A stretch of 64,000 nt of DNA from an uncultured Clostridia bacterium (GCA_944382715.1 CALWNC010000001.1:304496-368495), one strand, 5' to 3'; positions 39,145-49,897 are shown, counted from the stretch's first letter. Translations and numbers: made by a program. The notes: generated from the sequence alone by a model not told the origin.

Positions 39145-40653
39145 TTACTTTACAATCATAGAATCAACCATTGTGTCTGGTTTCTCAAGTCCAAGAAGTT
39201 CAAGAACGGTTGGCGCAACATTTGCTAAACTTCCGTTAGAGATTAATTTTGCATTTTTGTATCTTTCACTAACCAATATAAATGGAACTGGGTTTGTGGT
39301 ATGCTGTGTAAGCGCATTACCTTCGTCATCAATCATTTCTTCACAGTTGCCATGGTCGGCAATAATGATGCACTCTCCACCTATTTTCACTGTTTCTGTC
39401 GCAACCTTATAAGCACATTCTTCACAGTAAGCAACTGCCTCTTTAGCAGCTTCAAAGTCACCAGTATGACCTATCATATCTGGGTTTGAATAGTTTACTA
39501 AAATAAAATCATATTTTTTGCTGTCAATGACACTAATTAAATCTTCGGTAATTTCTGGAGCTCGCATTTTTGGGTGAACGGCAAAGTTTTTATCGTTATA
39601 ACTTTCAATAACCTTTCTATCTTCTCCCTCATATTGTTTTTCTATTCCACCATTAAAGAAAAATGTTACATGCGCATACTTTGTGGTTTCTGCTATGTGA
39701 TATTGTTTCATTCCTGCTTTTGATATTAAATATGCCAAATTATCTTCAATGATTTTTGGTGGATAAATAGTGTTTAAATGTGAAAGTTCTTTTGCGTATT
39801 CTTGCATTGGAGTCATTAAAAGCTTATCAAATTTTTCTACCTTAAATTCATTGAAATTTTCATCAGTGAGCGCAAATGTCATTTCTCTTGCCCTATCCGA
39901 ACGGTAGTTATAGAAGATTACCGAATCACCATTTTTAATTGTTCCATTCTCGTCAATTAACATTGGTTCACAGAATTCATCAGTTATACCTCTATCATAA
40001 CTTGTTTCAATGGCTGTGATAGAATCATCAAACTTTTCTCCCTTACCATAAACATAGAGATCATATGCCTTTTCAAGTCTATCATATCTTTTTTCTCTAT
40101 CCATGGCATAAATTCTTCCACAAATTGTTGCAATGTGAGCATTTGTCCCAGCAATATATTTTTCAGTTTCTTCCAAAAATTCCTTTCCACTTGTAACTGC
40201 AGTATCTCGTCCGTCAGTTATCGCGTGAATGTAAATATTTTTAATATTGTAGTTTTTTGCACAGTCAAGTATTGCAAACATATGACTAATTTTTGAGTGT
40301 ACGCCACCATCTGACAAAAGCCCAATTAGGTGCAAATTTGTACCATTTTCTTCTGCGTACTTTAATGCCTTTACCAAAGCATTATTCTTTTGAAAGTTAC
40401 CATTTTTAATTTCATTATCAATATGCAACAAATCTTGTTTAATAACTCTTCCACCACCAATTGTAAGGTGTCCAACTTCACTGTTTCCCATTTGACCCTC
40501 AGGAAGCCCTACGGCATTGCCTGATGCCTTGATTAGCGTATTTGGATAAGCCATTTTAAGTTTGTCAAGGTTGGGAGTTCCCCCAGCCACAACGGCATTC
40601 CCCTTAACCCTATCGGTAATGCCAAAACCATCTAAAATACATAATGTAACCAT
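39145..40653 (-). CDS. gpmI: 2,3-bisphosphoglycerate-independent phosphoglycerate mutase
   Basis: ILDGFG, GQMGNSEVGH, SDGGVHS, YAMDR, DMIGHTG, ADHGN. Confidence 0.96.
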   Translation of the reverse strand: MVTLCILDGFGITDRVKGNAVVAGGTPNLDKLKMAYPNTLIKASGNAVGLPEGQMGNSEVGHLTIGGGRVIKQDLLHIDNEIKNGNFQKNNALVKALKYAEENGTNLHLIGLLSDGGVHSKISHMFAILDCAKNYNIKNIYIHAITDGRDTAVTSGKEFLEETEKYIAGTNAHIATICGRIYAMDREKRYDRLEKAYDLYVYGKGEKFDDSITAIETSYDRGITDEFCEPMLIDENGTIKNGDSVIFYNYRSDRAREMTFALTDENFNEFKVEKFDKLLMTPMQEYAKELSHLNTIYPPKIIEDNLAYLISKAGMKQYHIAETTKYAHVTFFFNGGIEKQYEGEDRKVIESYNDKNFAVHPKMRAPEITEDLISVIDSKKYDFILVNYSNPDMIGHTGDFEAAKEAVAYCEECAYKVATETVKIGGECIIIADHGNCEEMIDDEGNALTQHTTNPVPFILVSERYKNAKLISNGSLANVAPTVLELLGLEKPDTMVDSMIVK

Positions 40654-40677
40654 AAAATTTTCTCCTTATTTTTTACT

Positions 40678-42018
40678 CTACAAAATAAAAATAGTTTTTG
40701 CTCTAAGTTTATTTCTATCCATTTTAAACCCTTGCATTGAGCCATCATTAGAAATTTTAATCGAAACCCCGTAGTTTGAAAGTGTTTTTGCGGCGGCAAG
40801 TCTACCACCACCCGAACTGCCTGCTTCAATCTTAATGATAGCGCCAACGGCAATGATTGTACCATCATAGCCTATCACAGTTGCCCCGTCCATTGCAATC
40901 AAATCTTGCCTAAACTTTCTGTCAAGTTCTTGGAACTTTCTGCCCTTTATAAGCTGTCTAATTGTTGCAGACTTGATACATTTATTTTCCATTAAGAAAT
41001 TTTCATATGCTGGGGTTTCTTCATTTTCCTTTTCAAAATATGAAAAGAATGATTGGTCTTTTTTTATCTGCTGAATACTGTCAAAACTATCCTTATTTAA
41101 AACATCGGCGTCATCAATATGTTTTAAAACATTAATTGATTCACTATTATTGACATGCACGATACAACCACCTGTACGGTTAAAGCTCGTATCAAGAGCT
41201 GAAAGATAAATTGCCTTTCTCACATCTTCATACTCTCCAGCGCGCTCAGAAAGTTTATCAACTATTTCTTCATGAGAATAACATACCCAGTTCCCACCAC
41301 GCTTGGCAAATAATAGACTTTTATCTTTAAAGATTAAGAGGTCGCCTTCTTCAGTTAAGCAAATTCCAATTTTAGAACCCGTTGAATGAGTGGCAAGTTT
41401 AAGTTGATTGTATGGCGCATACAAGTCGTAGTCAATTTGTTTAACCATACAAATATAGTCAGTTACATAACCATCGCAAGAAATTTCCATAAATGAATTT
41501 TTGCCGTCGGTTAAAAGAGCTGAAAAATCTTTTTCTATAAACTTTGAAATGTGAAGATTTGGGTTTGTCTTAGTGCCAGCCTTTTTTCGTGTAACTATAC
41601 AGCCAAAACTCATTCGTCTACCCTCATATGTTCGCTGACTCCAATAAGTCATTTCATTTAAAAGCAGTCCAAGGGTTTTTGAAGCAGTGTTTGTAAGTGA
41701 TTTACAAATTGCCTTTTCAATTATCATATTTTCAATGCCAAGTTTGTATTCTTCAACTACCTTGATGCTATAAATTTTGTTCATTTCGTCAATAATAGAC
41801 TTAATCAAATGAACCTCAAAATTTTTAAATGGCTGAGCTCGCTTAACTATAATTCTGTAAGTATCATTTCTAGAAAACTTAATCTTAATTGAGCCAGCAT
41901 CACCCTGAGCTACGCAGTTATCTCTTGAAGAAGATGGCTCTTCACCTATAATTTCTGAACCGGTAAAAAGAGGCAGAATATCGTTTTGCAAAAAATTCAA
42001 AAACTGTGTTTTCTTCAT
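40678..42018 (-). CDS. divergent diadenylate cyclase (DisA_N/DAC)-domain protein with a large N-terminal region
   Basis: C-terminal MDGATVI...AVGAI...GGGRLAAA...ISNDG; N-terminal TYEGR motif. Confidence 0.7.
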   Translation of the reverse strand: MKKTQFLNFLQNDILPLFTGSEIIGEEPSSSRDNCVAQGDAGSIKIKFSRNDTYRIIVKRAQPFKNFEVHLIKSIIDEMNKIYSIKVVEEYKLGIENMIIEKAICKSLTNTASKTLGLLLNEMTYWSQRTYEGRRMSFGCIVTRKKAGTKTNPNLHISKFIEKDFSALLTDGKNSFMEISCDGYVTDYICMVKQIDYDLYAPYNQLKLATHSTGSKIGICLTEEGDLLIFKDKSLLFAKRGGNWVCYSHEEIVDKLSERAGEYEDVRKAIYLSALDTSFNRTGGCIVHVNNSESINVLKHIDDADVLNKDSFDSIQQIKKDQSFFSYFEKENEETPAYENFLMENKCIKSATIRQLIKGRKFQELDRKFRQDLIAMDGATVIGYDGTIIAVGAIIKIEAGSSGGGRLAAAKTLSNYGVSIKISNDGSMQGFKMDRNKLRAKTIFIL

Positions 42019-42160
42019 AAGCTCTCCTCCTCTTGTTTACCTTACTATTTTTCTAAAAGACAAAACATGTCATTTTTAATATTATTTTAAACTTTTTTAA
42101 CAAAAATTGCAATTTTACGCTTAATATATAATATGTTTTTTAATAAATAACAATTCCCGT

Positions 42161-43081
42161 TCAGTCACATTTTTTAAGGCATTTAAAATATACTTTTTTA
42201 AATTTTTGCGTATTTACCTTTATGCAGGTTTTTGTATTTGGACTTTTATCAAAATCCATAACTAAAACGCCCGTATCAATACTGTCATAATACTTAATTT
42301 CGGCAAAAACATCACTAACTTCAAAAAGCTCGGGGTTTGTAAGATATGCAACTGCACAGCCATCATGAGTAGCAATGCCATTTTTTACATGTCTATCTTT
42401 ATAGCTTCGATAAATCTTTTCTAAGATTTCGCCAGTATTATTGAGATTTTTAGTATCAAAAACATCTTTCCAGTCAAGGTATGCAGTATGTCCCATTTCC
42501 ATCGGCACAATCATAATATCTACATTTGAGTTTAGCAGTACTTCTCCTGCTTCTGGGTCACCACTTACATTAAATTCAGGATATGGCATTTCATTTTCAC
42601 CAATATCCTCAATTGATCCAGCCATAACGACCACTTTTTCAATTTTGTCAATGCAGTCAGCGTGCTCAGTAAAAAGCCTAGCAAGATTGGTAGTCGGAGA
42701 AATGCATATTATAGTGATTTTTTGTTCACTTTCCATAATCGTTTTATACATTTCCTCCACTGCGTCACCCTCGGTTATTTTTCTTGGGTTATTCTTTAAT
42801 TCAAATCCTCCAAGTCCATTATTTCCATGAGCAGTAAATCTTGCCCTTTCTCGCACAAAACATCTCCCGTCACCTACAACAACGGGTATTTCTGGTGCGT
42901 GCAAAATTTCAAGCACATTTAATGTGTTTATTGCAGACTGTCTTGTGTTTACATTCCCAACATCAGTAGTAATAAGTTTTATGTCGAGTTTTTCACTTTT
43001 TACTCCTATCATAATTGCAACAGCATCATCTATTCCGGTATCACAATTTATTATTACGGGAATTTTCTGTGTTTTTAGCAA
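42161..43081 (-). CDS. inosine/uridine-preferring nucleoside hydrolase (RihC-like)
   Basis: CDTGIDDA, HG.NGLG, P.TNLA, EFN...DPEA, HD; TTG start. Confidence 0.9.
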   Translation of the reverse strand: MLKTQKIPVIINCDTGIDDAVAIMIGVKSEKLDIKLITTDVGNVNTRQSAINTLNVLEILHAPEIPVVVGDGRCFVRERARFTAHGNNGLGGFELKNNPRKITEGDAVEEMYKTIMESEQKITIICISPTTNLARLFTEHADCIDKIEKVVVMAGSIEDIGENEMPYPEFNVSGDPEAGEVLLNSNVDIMIVPMEMGHTAYLDWKDVFDTKNLNNTGEILEKIYRSYKDRHVKNGIATHDGCAVAYLTNPELFEVSDVFAEIKYYDSIDTGVLVMDFDKSPNTKTCIKVNTQKFKKVYFKCLKKCD

Positions 43082-43583
43082 TTTTTTATCCCCCTATTTG
43101 CAACATATTTAGTTTACCACACAATTTGTAAAGTGTATAGTTAAAAAGTCAAAAAATATGGAAAATTTTTATTTCCATATTTTTTTTAATATTTAAAGCA
43201 TAATTTTTGCCATTTAACTTTATTAAAAATTGTGTTTTTTGTAAAAATATTTTTTGCTATAATAATATTTTTTACTATTAATATATATTAAATTCAAATT
43301 TTTCATAAGTATAAATCAATAAGAAAAATTTTACAAGTGTTTTAGAAACTTTACTTTTAAAATATTAAAATTTTATTTTTATATCTACTTTAAGATGATT
43401 TATTAATTTTAACAAAAATAGAAAAACTAAATCGCAACGAAATCAAAGAATATAATTTTACAACCCAGCATATTTAATTTAGTATTAACTTTTTATAGGC
43501 ACATAATACATATTTTTATTAACCTTTAAAAGGTATTTTAAATCACTTTTTAGTTGTAAAATTAATGTGTCTATTTTTTTAAA

Positions 43584-45812
43584 TTAACTAAATAGTCTAA
43601 TTAAAACTTCCTTGTCCATCTCAGAGATTGTATTGGAATTTTCTATAGCACTTTCAAAAGCATAAGCCACTTCTAAACTTACATTTTGACTAATAAGATT
43701 TTGCAATGTTGATGGCTCTTCCCCGTAAACGGCTTCTTCTATCATAATCATAACTGCATTTGAGCGAGTTAGAGTAATGAGCATTTCTTCTGCCGTTTCT
43801 TCATTAATTTGAGTTTGGCTATCTAAGTTTATTAAATCCATAATCACTTGACTAGCATTCAAATCTACTTCCTGCGATTCTACATTTCCATTTTCTATAA
43901 AGCTTACAAGAATATCAGTCAAAACATTTAAATTATCCGATTCCCCAACAAAACATGCAATGATGTCAGTGTCGTTTAGAATTTCAAGTATATTTTGGCT
44001 TAATACTTCACTTGTTTGAATTTCTTCAAGTGCTAAAGCAAGGTCACTAAACTTTATATCAGAGTTTGCAGTTGTGCTACCTGCAAAATTGACAAGCTTT
44101 GAGAGCGATGAAAAGGTGTCTTCAAATTTAAAGTCTGAATTTTCTGACAAATCCCACTTATCATTAATATATGAAGTGAGCGTGGACTTGACACTATTAT
44201 CTTCAAAAGAAATTTTATCAGAGTTAATATAATTAATCATAAACAACTTAACACTATCGGAAATAATTACTGATTCTCTTGCGATGTCCATTGCCCTGCC
44301 GAGTTTGCCAAGATTTTCATTAACCAAGACTGAATTCCCGTCATCAGAAACATCTAATTCGCCGTAAAGTTCAATAATTTGAGAAACAAATCTCTGTATA
44401 ATATCTGCCTCGCTTTCATAGCTTTCTACCAAGTATTCTCTGTCACTATCATAGCTTAAATTCCCATCTCCCACCATTGTATCATATAAAAGTACAATGG
44501 AATTATTTAAAATTGCTGGGAGATTATTTTTGAATTCCTCAGTCGCAAAAAGACAAACAATAACTTCTTTAATAATTGTTTTATCTTCTCCAAGTGCAGA
44601 AATTAAACCCGAAGCATTCAAATTAGCTATAAAATTATGATCGTTCACTATCTTAACGCCATCAATAATGGTACTTAAATTAAACCTTATTCTTCCTATA
44701 GAATTTGTTGCCTTAAAGACTTGCAGTGCGTCTTTAGCAATTTCTTTGTACTGCTCTTCTACTGGAAGTGAAATTCCAAAGAATTTGTCGTCATTTATCC
44801 ATCTGTCTGCAACGACTGGCACTAATTTTTCTACAATATTACTAACAAAAACAGATTCAGAAGCCTTATTTACCATACTTAATACGCCGTCTAGTGAATC
44901 ATTATTCTCTAAGCTGAAAGAATTTTCCTTAAAGGTTTGTTTATAAAGGTTATAGGTTTCAACTGCAACCACAACTTCATCAGAAAGAGCCACATTTTCG
45001 CCTTCAACCTTAACCCTAGTAAGATAATCAAAAAATACAGAGCCAACATCGTCAAGTCTTGTAAGTCCAAAGATTTTCCCAATAACAGAGCTATCGTACA
45101 TTTCTTTTATATCTGCATAAACCTTTACATATCCCTCAACCTGACCAATCTTTTCATCTTCAGTGTAAAAAAGTTGACCACAAACTAGACTACCAGCACT
45201 ATAAGCACTTGCTACACGCTCAGTAGAAGGCGTTTCACTATCTTGTAAAAATTTATCACAAACATTCATAACGCCAAATATTGGTATTAATATTGCAAAG
45301 CAAATAATAAATGTTGTAAGAAATCCCTCAACTGCTCCAACAAACCTTAGCCCTATACTGCTAGGAGTTTTTTCTTCTTTATTTTTCTTTGAAACGCATT
45401 TCAAAATAATTATTACAATAAAGTAAATAATTAGAGAAACAAAAACTATCGAAAAAAATGCTATTAGAAATGAAGCTATGCTAATAATAACGCTAACTAA
45501 AGCCTTTGCAAACTCGCCGACCTCGCCCGAAATTAAAGAAAAATCTTCACCAATACCATTGCCAAGAATGCCCTGAATTTCTTCTTCAAAGTCAATGCTA
45601 AAATTGAAAATATTAAGCGTTGTTCCATTTACAAAACTTCCTGAAAGTGCATTAGAAATAATCGGGGCAAAAATAAGTGAAATCATAAAGGCAAAAAGTA
45701 CTATTCCAAGCCTAATTAATGACCTGCACCAATTTCTTGCAAACCCAATAAAAAAACCTGCAAATAGCAAAAACAAACAAACACTAGAAACAATAAAAAA
45801 TATATTACTCAT
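43584..45812 (-). CDS. large membrane protein with a CvpA-like N-terminal domain and long acidic C-terminal region
   Basis: GF.R....SL TM pattern and R.VGA..G motif, then ~550 aa helical region. Confidence 0.65.
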   Translation of the reverse strand: MSNIFFIVSSVCLFLLFAGFFIGFARNWCRSLIRLGIVLFAFMISLIFAPIISNALSGSFVNGTTLNIFNFSIDFEEEIQGILGNGIGEDFSLISGEVGEFAKALVSVIISIASFLIAFFSIVFVSLIIYFIVIIILKCVSKKNKEEKTPSSIGLRFVGAVEGFLTTFIICFAILIPIFGVMNVCDKFLQDSETPSTERVASAYSAGSLVCGQLFYTEDEKIGQVEGYVKVYADIKEMYDSSVIGKIFGLTRLDDVGSVFFDYLTRVKVEGENVALSDEVVVAVETYNLYKQTFKENSFSLENNDSLDGVLSMVNKASESVFVSNIVEKLVPVVADRWINDDKFFGISLPVEEQYKEIAKDALQVFKATNSIGRIRFNLSTIIDGVKIVNDHNFIANLNASGLISALGEDKTIIKEVIVCLFATEEFKNNLPAILNNSIVLLYDTMVGDGNLSYDSDREYLVESYESEADIIQRFVSQIIELYGELDVSDDGNSVLVNENLGKLGRAMDIARESVIISDSVKLFMINYINSDKISFEDNSVKSTLTSYINDKWDLSENSDFKFEDTFSSLSKLVNFAGSTTANSDIKFSDLALALEEIQTSEVLSQNILEILNDTDIIACFVGESDNLNVLTDILVSFIENGNVESQEVDLNASQVIMDLINLDSQTQINEETAEEMLITLTRSNAVMIMIEEAVYGEEPSTLQNLISQNVSLEVAYAFESAIENSNTISEMDKEVLIRLFS

Positions 45813-45856
45813 TTTGTTTCCCCTAATAATTATAAATTTTCATTTCAAGCTCTAAC

Positions 45857-46618
45857 CTATCCATTTTTTAGTGAATCAGAAATTAGTTTGCTATCATTTT
45901 CGTCATAAGGCATATACACAAGTTCTATTCCAGCCTGAGTGAGAAGAGTAACAGAAAATTCATCTGGATAGTTATAACCATAAACAATTCGCTTTATGCC
46001 TGCATTTATTAATAGTTTTGTGCAAATCACGCAAGGACGATGAGTAACATAAATTGTGCTACCATCTACACTTATACCCATTTTAGCTGCTTGAATTAAG
46101 GCATTTTGCTCTGCATGTGTTGAAAAACAAACCTCTGCGCGTGTACCACTTTCAATGTTAAGTTTATCTCTTAGGCAGTATCCCTTTTCTGAACAACTTA
46201 AAATTTTTGATGGTGCACCATTATATCCAGTTGCTATAACTCTCTTATCTTTAACTATAACCGAACCGACTTGTCTATTTTCTCTCACGCAGGTGCTCCA
46301 AGATGATACCATTTTTGCCATGTCCATAAATCGCCTATCCCACTTTTCTTGAATTATCTTAGGGTCTGGCTTTTTTGACAAGTGTTCTTTCGCACACTCT
46401 ATTAAAACTCTTTGAAAATTTTCTTCTTTTTCTGCGTCACTAGTTTCCCTATTTTGTCCACAGCCACCTTTATGACAGCATTGATGTTGCTGTGTTTGAG
46501 TAGCTTCATTTTCTGCAAATTGTTGAGCTTTATGACAACAATTATGTTCTTTTTCGCCATCTCCATGACAGTGCATTTTTTTTTGTAAATTTTCGTCATT
46601 TAACTGTGCTCTTTCCAT
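45857..46618 (-). CDS. dCMP deaminase family protein with a His/Cys-rich N-terminal extension
   Basis: WD.RF, S.C...QVG, ATGYNG, HAEQNA, PC..C. Confidence 0.88.
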   Translation of the reverse strand: MERAQLNDENLQKKMHCHGDGEKEHNCCHKAQQFAENEATQTQQHQCCHKGGCGQNRETSDAEKEENFQRVLIECAKEHLSKKPDPKIIQEKWDRRFMDMAKMVSSWSTCVRENRQVGSVIVKDKRVIATGYNGAPSKILSCSEKGYCLRDKLNIESGTRAEVCFSTHAEQNALIQAAKMGISVDGSTIYVTHRPCVICTKLLINAGIKRIVYGYNYPDEFSVTLLTQAGIELVYMPYDENDSKLISDSLKNG

Positions 46619-46718
46619 AGTATCTCCAAGTGAATTAATTATTATTTTTTGGTAACAATAATATTATATATTACTTTTTTATAATTATCAATAACTTTTT
46701 CTCAAAAAAGGAGCAATT

Positions 46719-48341
46719 ATGCTTAAGAACTTTCGAATTTTAAAGGCATATTATGGACTTGCTAAGGTAAAGTGGAAGTTTGTTGTAATAGAATTTATCG
46801 TGCTGTTAATTCCGTCACTTCTCTCAATTCTTTCTCCAATATTAACGGCAAACGTAATCTCTTATATTACTGTTTATGATTTTAAAAATGCAACCCGAAT
46901 GCTATGCTATGATTTTGGCATAATTTTAGTTACTGCACTTCTCTATTTTATCTATCACATTGTAAGCAATAAACTTTCAAAAACCATACTTTTAAATACT
47001 AGCGAATACATTTACAACGAAGTTAAAAACAACAAAAATCTCAGCAAAATTAATTCATCTACAATGTCAGACATTTGGACATTTTCAAGTTTTAACAGCA
47101 ACCTTCTTTATAAGCTTTGTTTTTTTATTAAGTCAATAATTATTTTAGGAATTATCTTTGCATATAAATATTTAATTTCACTATCACTAATTGGAGTCAG
47201 TATTGTATCGGCATTACTTCTCAGTTTAAGCAACAAGCAAATTCAAAAAAACAACTTGATTTTAACTGATAGTAAGGTTAAATCCCTTGAGCTATTTAAT
47301 TCTATCCAAAAAGGTATTAGTCTAGAAAACAACAACTACATGGAAAGTACTATGAAATATAAGTACATTCAAAATGTTGAAAGCTCACTCAGCACAAATA
47401 GTAAAATTACTTTATTTTATAATATCAATAACAATTTTATATCACTCATCTTAAAAACTGCAGTTTTTTTATTTACCTTTTATCTTATTTCGCAAATCAA
47501 AGCAACTTATTTAACGCTTTCAGTCTATTTGATTTTAACGCCATATCTCACCAGTTCTGCACAAAACTTAATTGCATTTTTTGAAATTTTTCCAGAGATT
47601 GGCATAATTGATAATATACTATTTAACTTTAATGAGCTTAAAACAAAAGAAGATACTGCAAATAAACCCGAACCTGATTTTGAAAGTACACATTCGTTTA
47701 AGCTAAAACTTTTTCACTGCTACTACAAATCTGATTCTTATGGCATTGAAGATGCCGACTTTGAAATTGAACAAAAAGAACTCGTTCAAATTATTGGGAA
47801 ACAAAATAGTGGAAAGAGAGCCATCTTTGACCTTATTACTAAAAAAGGACTTGCAAGTTCGGGTAGTGTATTTTTGGGAGATAAAAATGTAGATGCTTTT
47901 CCCACAAATATTTATAATCAATTTGTCTATGCCACATATAAATCACCCTACTTCTACAACCTTTCAATAGAGGACAACTTAGAAATAGTTTGTGGAAATA
48001 AGAATAAAATTATAAAAACAATAAATGCTTTAAATTTGCAGTCAATGATAAATGACTTGCCTGATGGACTTAAAACAATGATTGATGAAAACTCATCAAA
48101 AAAACTTCTCTTTTTTCTGGGACTTGTCCGAGCAGTTTTAAGTCAGGCAAAAATAATTTGCATTTATGAGTTGCCCGATAACTTTTCAGAAAAGGACTAT
48201 GAAGCCCTAGAAAATATAATAGAGTATTTAAATAAAAAATCTACTGTAATTTTGTTTTTACACGAAGTACTTAAACTGTCAAACTGCAAAGTAGTTCAGG
48301 TTTCTAAATCTAAAATAAAAGAAATAACTCATAATAATTAG
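46719..48341 (+). CDS. ABC exporter-like protein (TMD + degenerate NBD)
   Basis: 6-TM N-terminal domain; NBD with GKQNSGKR, LPDGLKT, LVRAVL, IICIYE. Confidence 0.7.
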   Translation: MLKNFRILKAYYGLAKVKWKFVVIEFIVLLIPSLLSILSPILTANVISYITVYDFKNATRMLCYDFGIILVTALLYFIYHIVSNKLSKTILLNTSEYIYNEVKNNKNLSKINSSTMSDIWTFSSFNSNLLYKLCFFIKSIIILGIIFAYKYLISLSLIGVSIVSALLLSLSNKQIQKNNLILTDSKVKSLELFNSIQKGISLENNNYMESTMKYKYIQNVESSLSTNSKITLFYNINNNFISLILKTAVFLFTFYLISQIKATYLTLSVYLILTPYLTSSAQNLIAFFEIFPEIGIIDNILFNFNELKTKEDTANKPEPDFESTHSFKLKLFHCYYKSDSYGIEDADFEIEQKELVQIIGKQNSGKRAIFDLITKKGLASSGSVFLGDKNVDAFPTNIYNQFVYATYKSPYFYNLSIEDNLEIVCGNKNKIIKTINALNLQSMINDLPDGLKTMIDENSSKKLLFFLGLVRAVLSQAKIICIYELPDNFSEKDYEALENIIEYLNKKSTVILFLHEVLKLSNCKVVQVSKSKIKEITHNN

Positions 48342-48503
48342 CCTTTATTTGTCTTTTTATTTTTTTGAATTTATGTCACCTATAAGTTTAGATAGCATTT
48401 AGAAAATTATCTTCAGATTTTTCTATAATATTAAATTTTAATAAATATAAATCTTTTAAGGTAACTATAACTAATAGCCAGCAACTTGAATCTAAATTTG
48501 TTT

Positions 48504-48510
48504 TTCGACA
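48504..48510 (-). promoter_or_regulatory. Spo0A box match upstream of the small ORF (second match at 48818-48824)
   Basis: TTCGACA is the reverse complement of TGTCGAA; a 7-mer, so it may be chance. Confidence 0.35.
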
Positions 48511-48606
48511 TTAAATTTAAAAAAACTAATTTTTTTGACAAATTAATGTATATTTTAAATTGTTTTGCAGAAAATACTAGTATAAAATCTAAAAAAGGAG
48601 ATAAAT

Positions 48607-48726
48607 ATGAAAAGAGATTCTAAAAAATCTTTGGCAAAGAACTGTGCAAAAAACCGCTCAAAGAACTGTGCTAGAAATTCTGCAAAGAAATCTTGCGATT
48701 GCCCAAAAACCAGAGATTGCAACTAA
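48607..48726 (+). CDS. 39-aa basic Cys-containing peptide (MKRDSKKSLAKNCAKNRSKNCARNSAKKSCDCPKTRDCN)
   Basis: AAAGGAG RBS 6 nt before the ATG, own terminator, internal KNC repeats. Confidence 0.7.
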   Translation: MKRDSKKSLAKNCAKNRSKNCARNSAKKSCDCPKTRDCN

Positions 48727-48770
48727 AAAACAATAGAAACAAAAAACAATAAAAACTAAATACTCTCATC

Positions 48771-48803
48771 AAAAAAGCACTCCTTATAATAAGGAGTGCT
48801 TTT
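48771..48803 (+). terminator. intrinsic terminator after the small ORF
   Basis: AAAAGCACTCCTTAT-A-ATAAGGAGTGCTTTT. Confidence 0.75.
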
Positions 48804-48814
48804 CACGTGAAACA
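48799..48814. promoter_or_regulatory. parS-like site
   Basis: CTTTTCACGTGAAACA (14/16 match to consensus). Confidence 0.65.
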
Positions 48815-49123
48815 TTTTGTCGAAGTTTGACTTAAGTTGAATTAAAATATAACATCTTTGACTATCACCTTAAACAATCTAAAAATAAAAAGTTTGTCAA
48901 ATTTTGTCTACTTCTCTCTGGTTTTGTCTAATTTTATGTTACCTGTCTTTATTTCACTAAATTTACTCAGAAAAATTGTATAATCTGTCAAAAATCATTG
49001 AATTTTGTCTAAATTTTTTTATTTTTGGTATATTTTGTTTTAAAAAGGGCAAAAAGGAAAATGTTAGTAAATTACCAAGTTTAGTTATCATCACTTTTAA
49101 CTGAAAAATAGTTGTTTTTCTTT

Positions 49124-49897
49124 TTAAAGAAAGAATATTACAGAAAGTCCAAGTAAAAACAAATAAATTGAGAAATAAATAAACTTATGTCCCTTTAATA
49201 GTTTAACTGTGAGTTTTAACGAGAGAAATGCAACAATAAAAGTAAAGAAAAAGGCAAAAACAATATACCATGGATTTATTTGATTAAACACGGTTTCCCA
49301 AGAGTCTATCTTCAAAATTTCAAATAAAAATCCACCTACTATTATTGGGATTGAAAGTAAAAAGCTGTACTTAGCCGATTCACTTTCATCATTACCAAGA
49401 AGTAAAAGACTTGAAATGGTACTTCCCGACCTTGAAATTCCCGGCAAAACTGCAATGCCCTGAACTGCTCCCACAATTATAGAATCTTTATAACTTATTT
49501 CACCAACCTTTAAAGAAATTGATTTTTTTTGATATAAAAATGTAACAAACAAAAGCAGAGCAGTTACTAGAAAATAATAACAATAAAATGCATCAAGGTA
49601 TTTTCCAAGGTCAAAAATTTCATAAATTACTGCAAAAACTAAAGTTATTGCAGTTGACAAAACAAGTTTATATGTTAGTGGTTGAAATGGTTTTTTTAAA
49701 AGACCAAATATGATTTTACGATAATATATAATCACGGCGAGAAGTGTTGATAAATGCAAAAATAAATTTAAGAGCAAAAGGTTGTCTTCTATTCCAAAAA
49801 GATTTTCTAGCAACAACAAATGACCACTGCTTGACACTGGCAAAAATTCTGTAAGCCCTTGAATTAAACACAAAATTAAAAGTACATAAAACTTCAT
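49124..49897 (-). CDS. uppP: undecaprenyl-diphosphate phosphatase (BacA)
   Basis: QGLTEFLPVSSSGH, PGISRSG.T, SFLLSIP. Confidence 0.95.
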   Translation of the reverse strand: MKFYVLLILCLIQGLTEFLPVSSSGHLLLLENLFGIEDNLLLLNLFLHLSTLLAVIIYYRKIIFGLLKKPFQPLTYKLVLSTAITLVFAVIYEIFDLGKYLDAFYCYYFLVTALLLFVTFLYQKKSISLKVGEISYKDSIIVGAVQGIAVLPGISRSGSTISSLLLLGNDESESAKYSFLLSIPIIVGGFLFEILKIDSWETVFNQINPWYIVFAFFFTFIVAFLSLKLTVKLLKGHKFIYFSIYLFLLGLSVIFFL

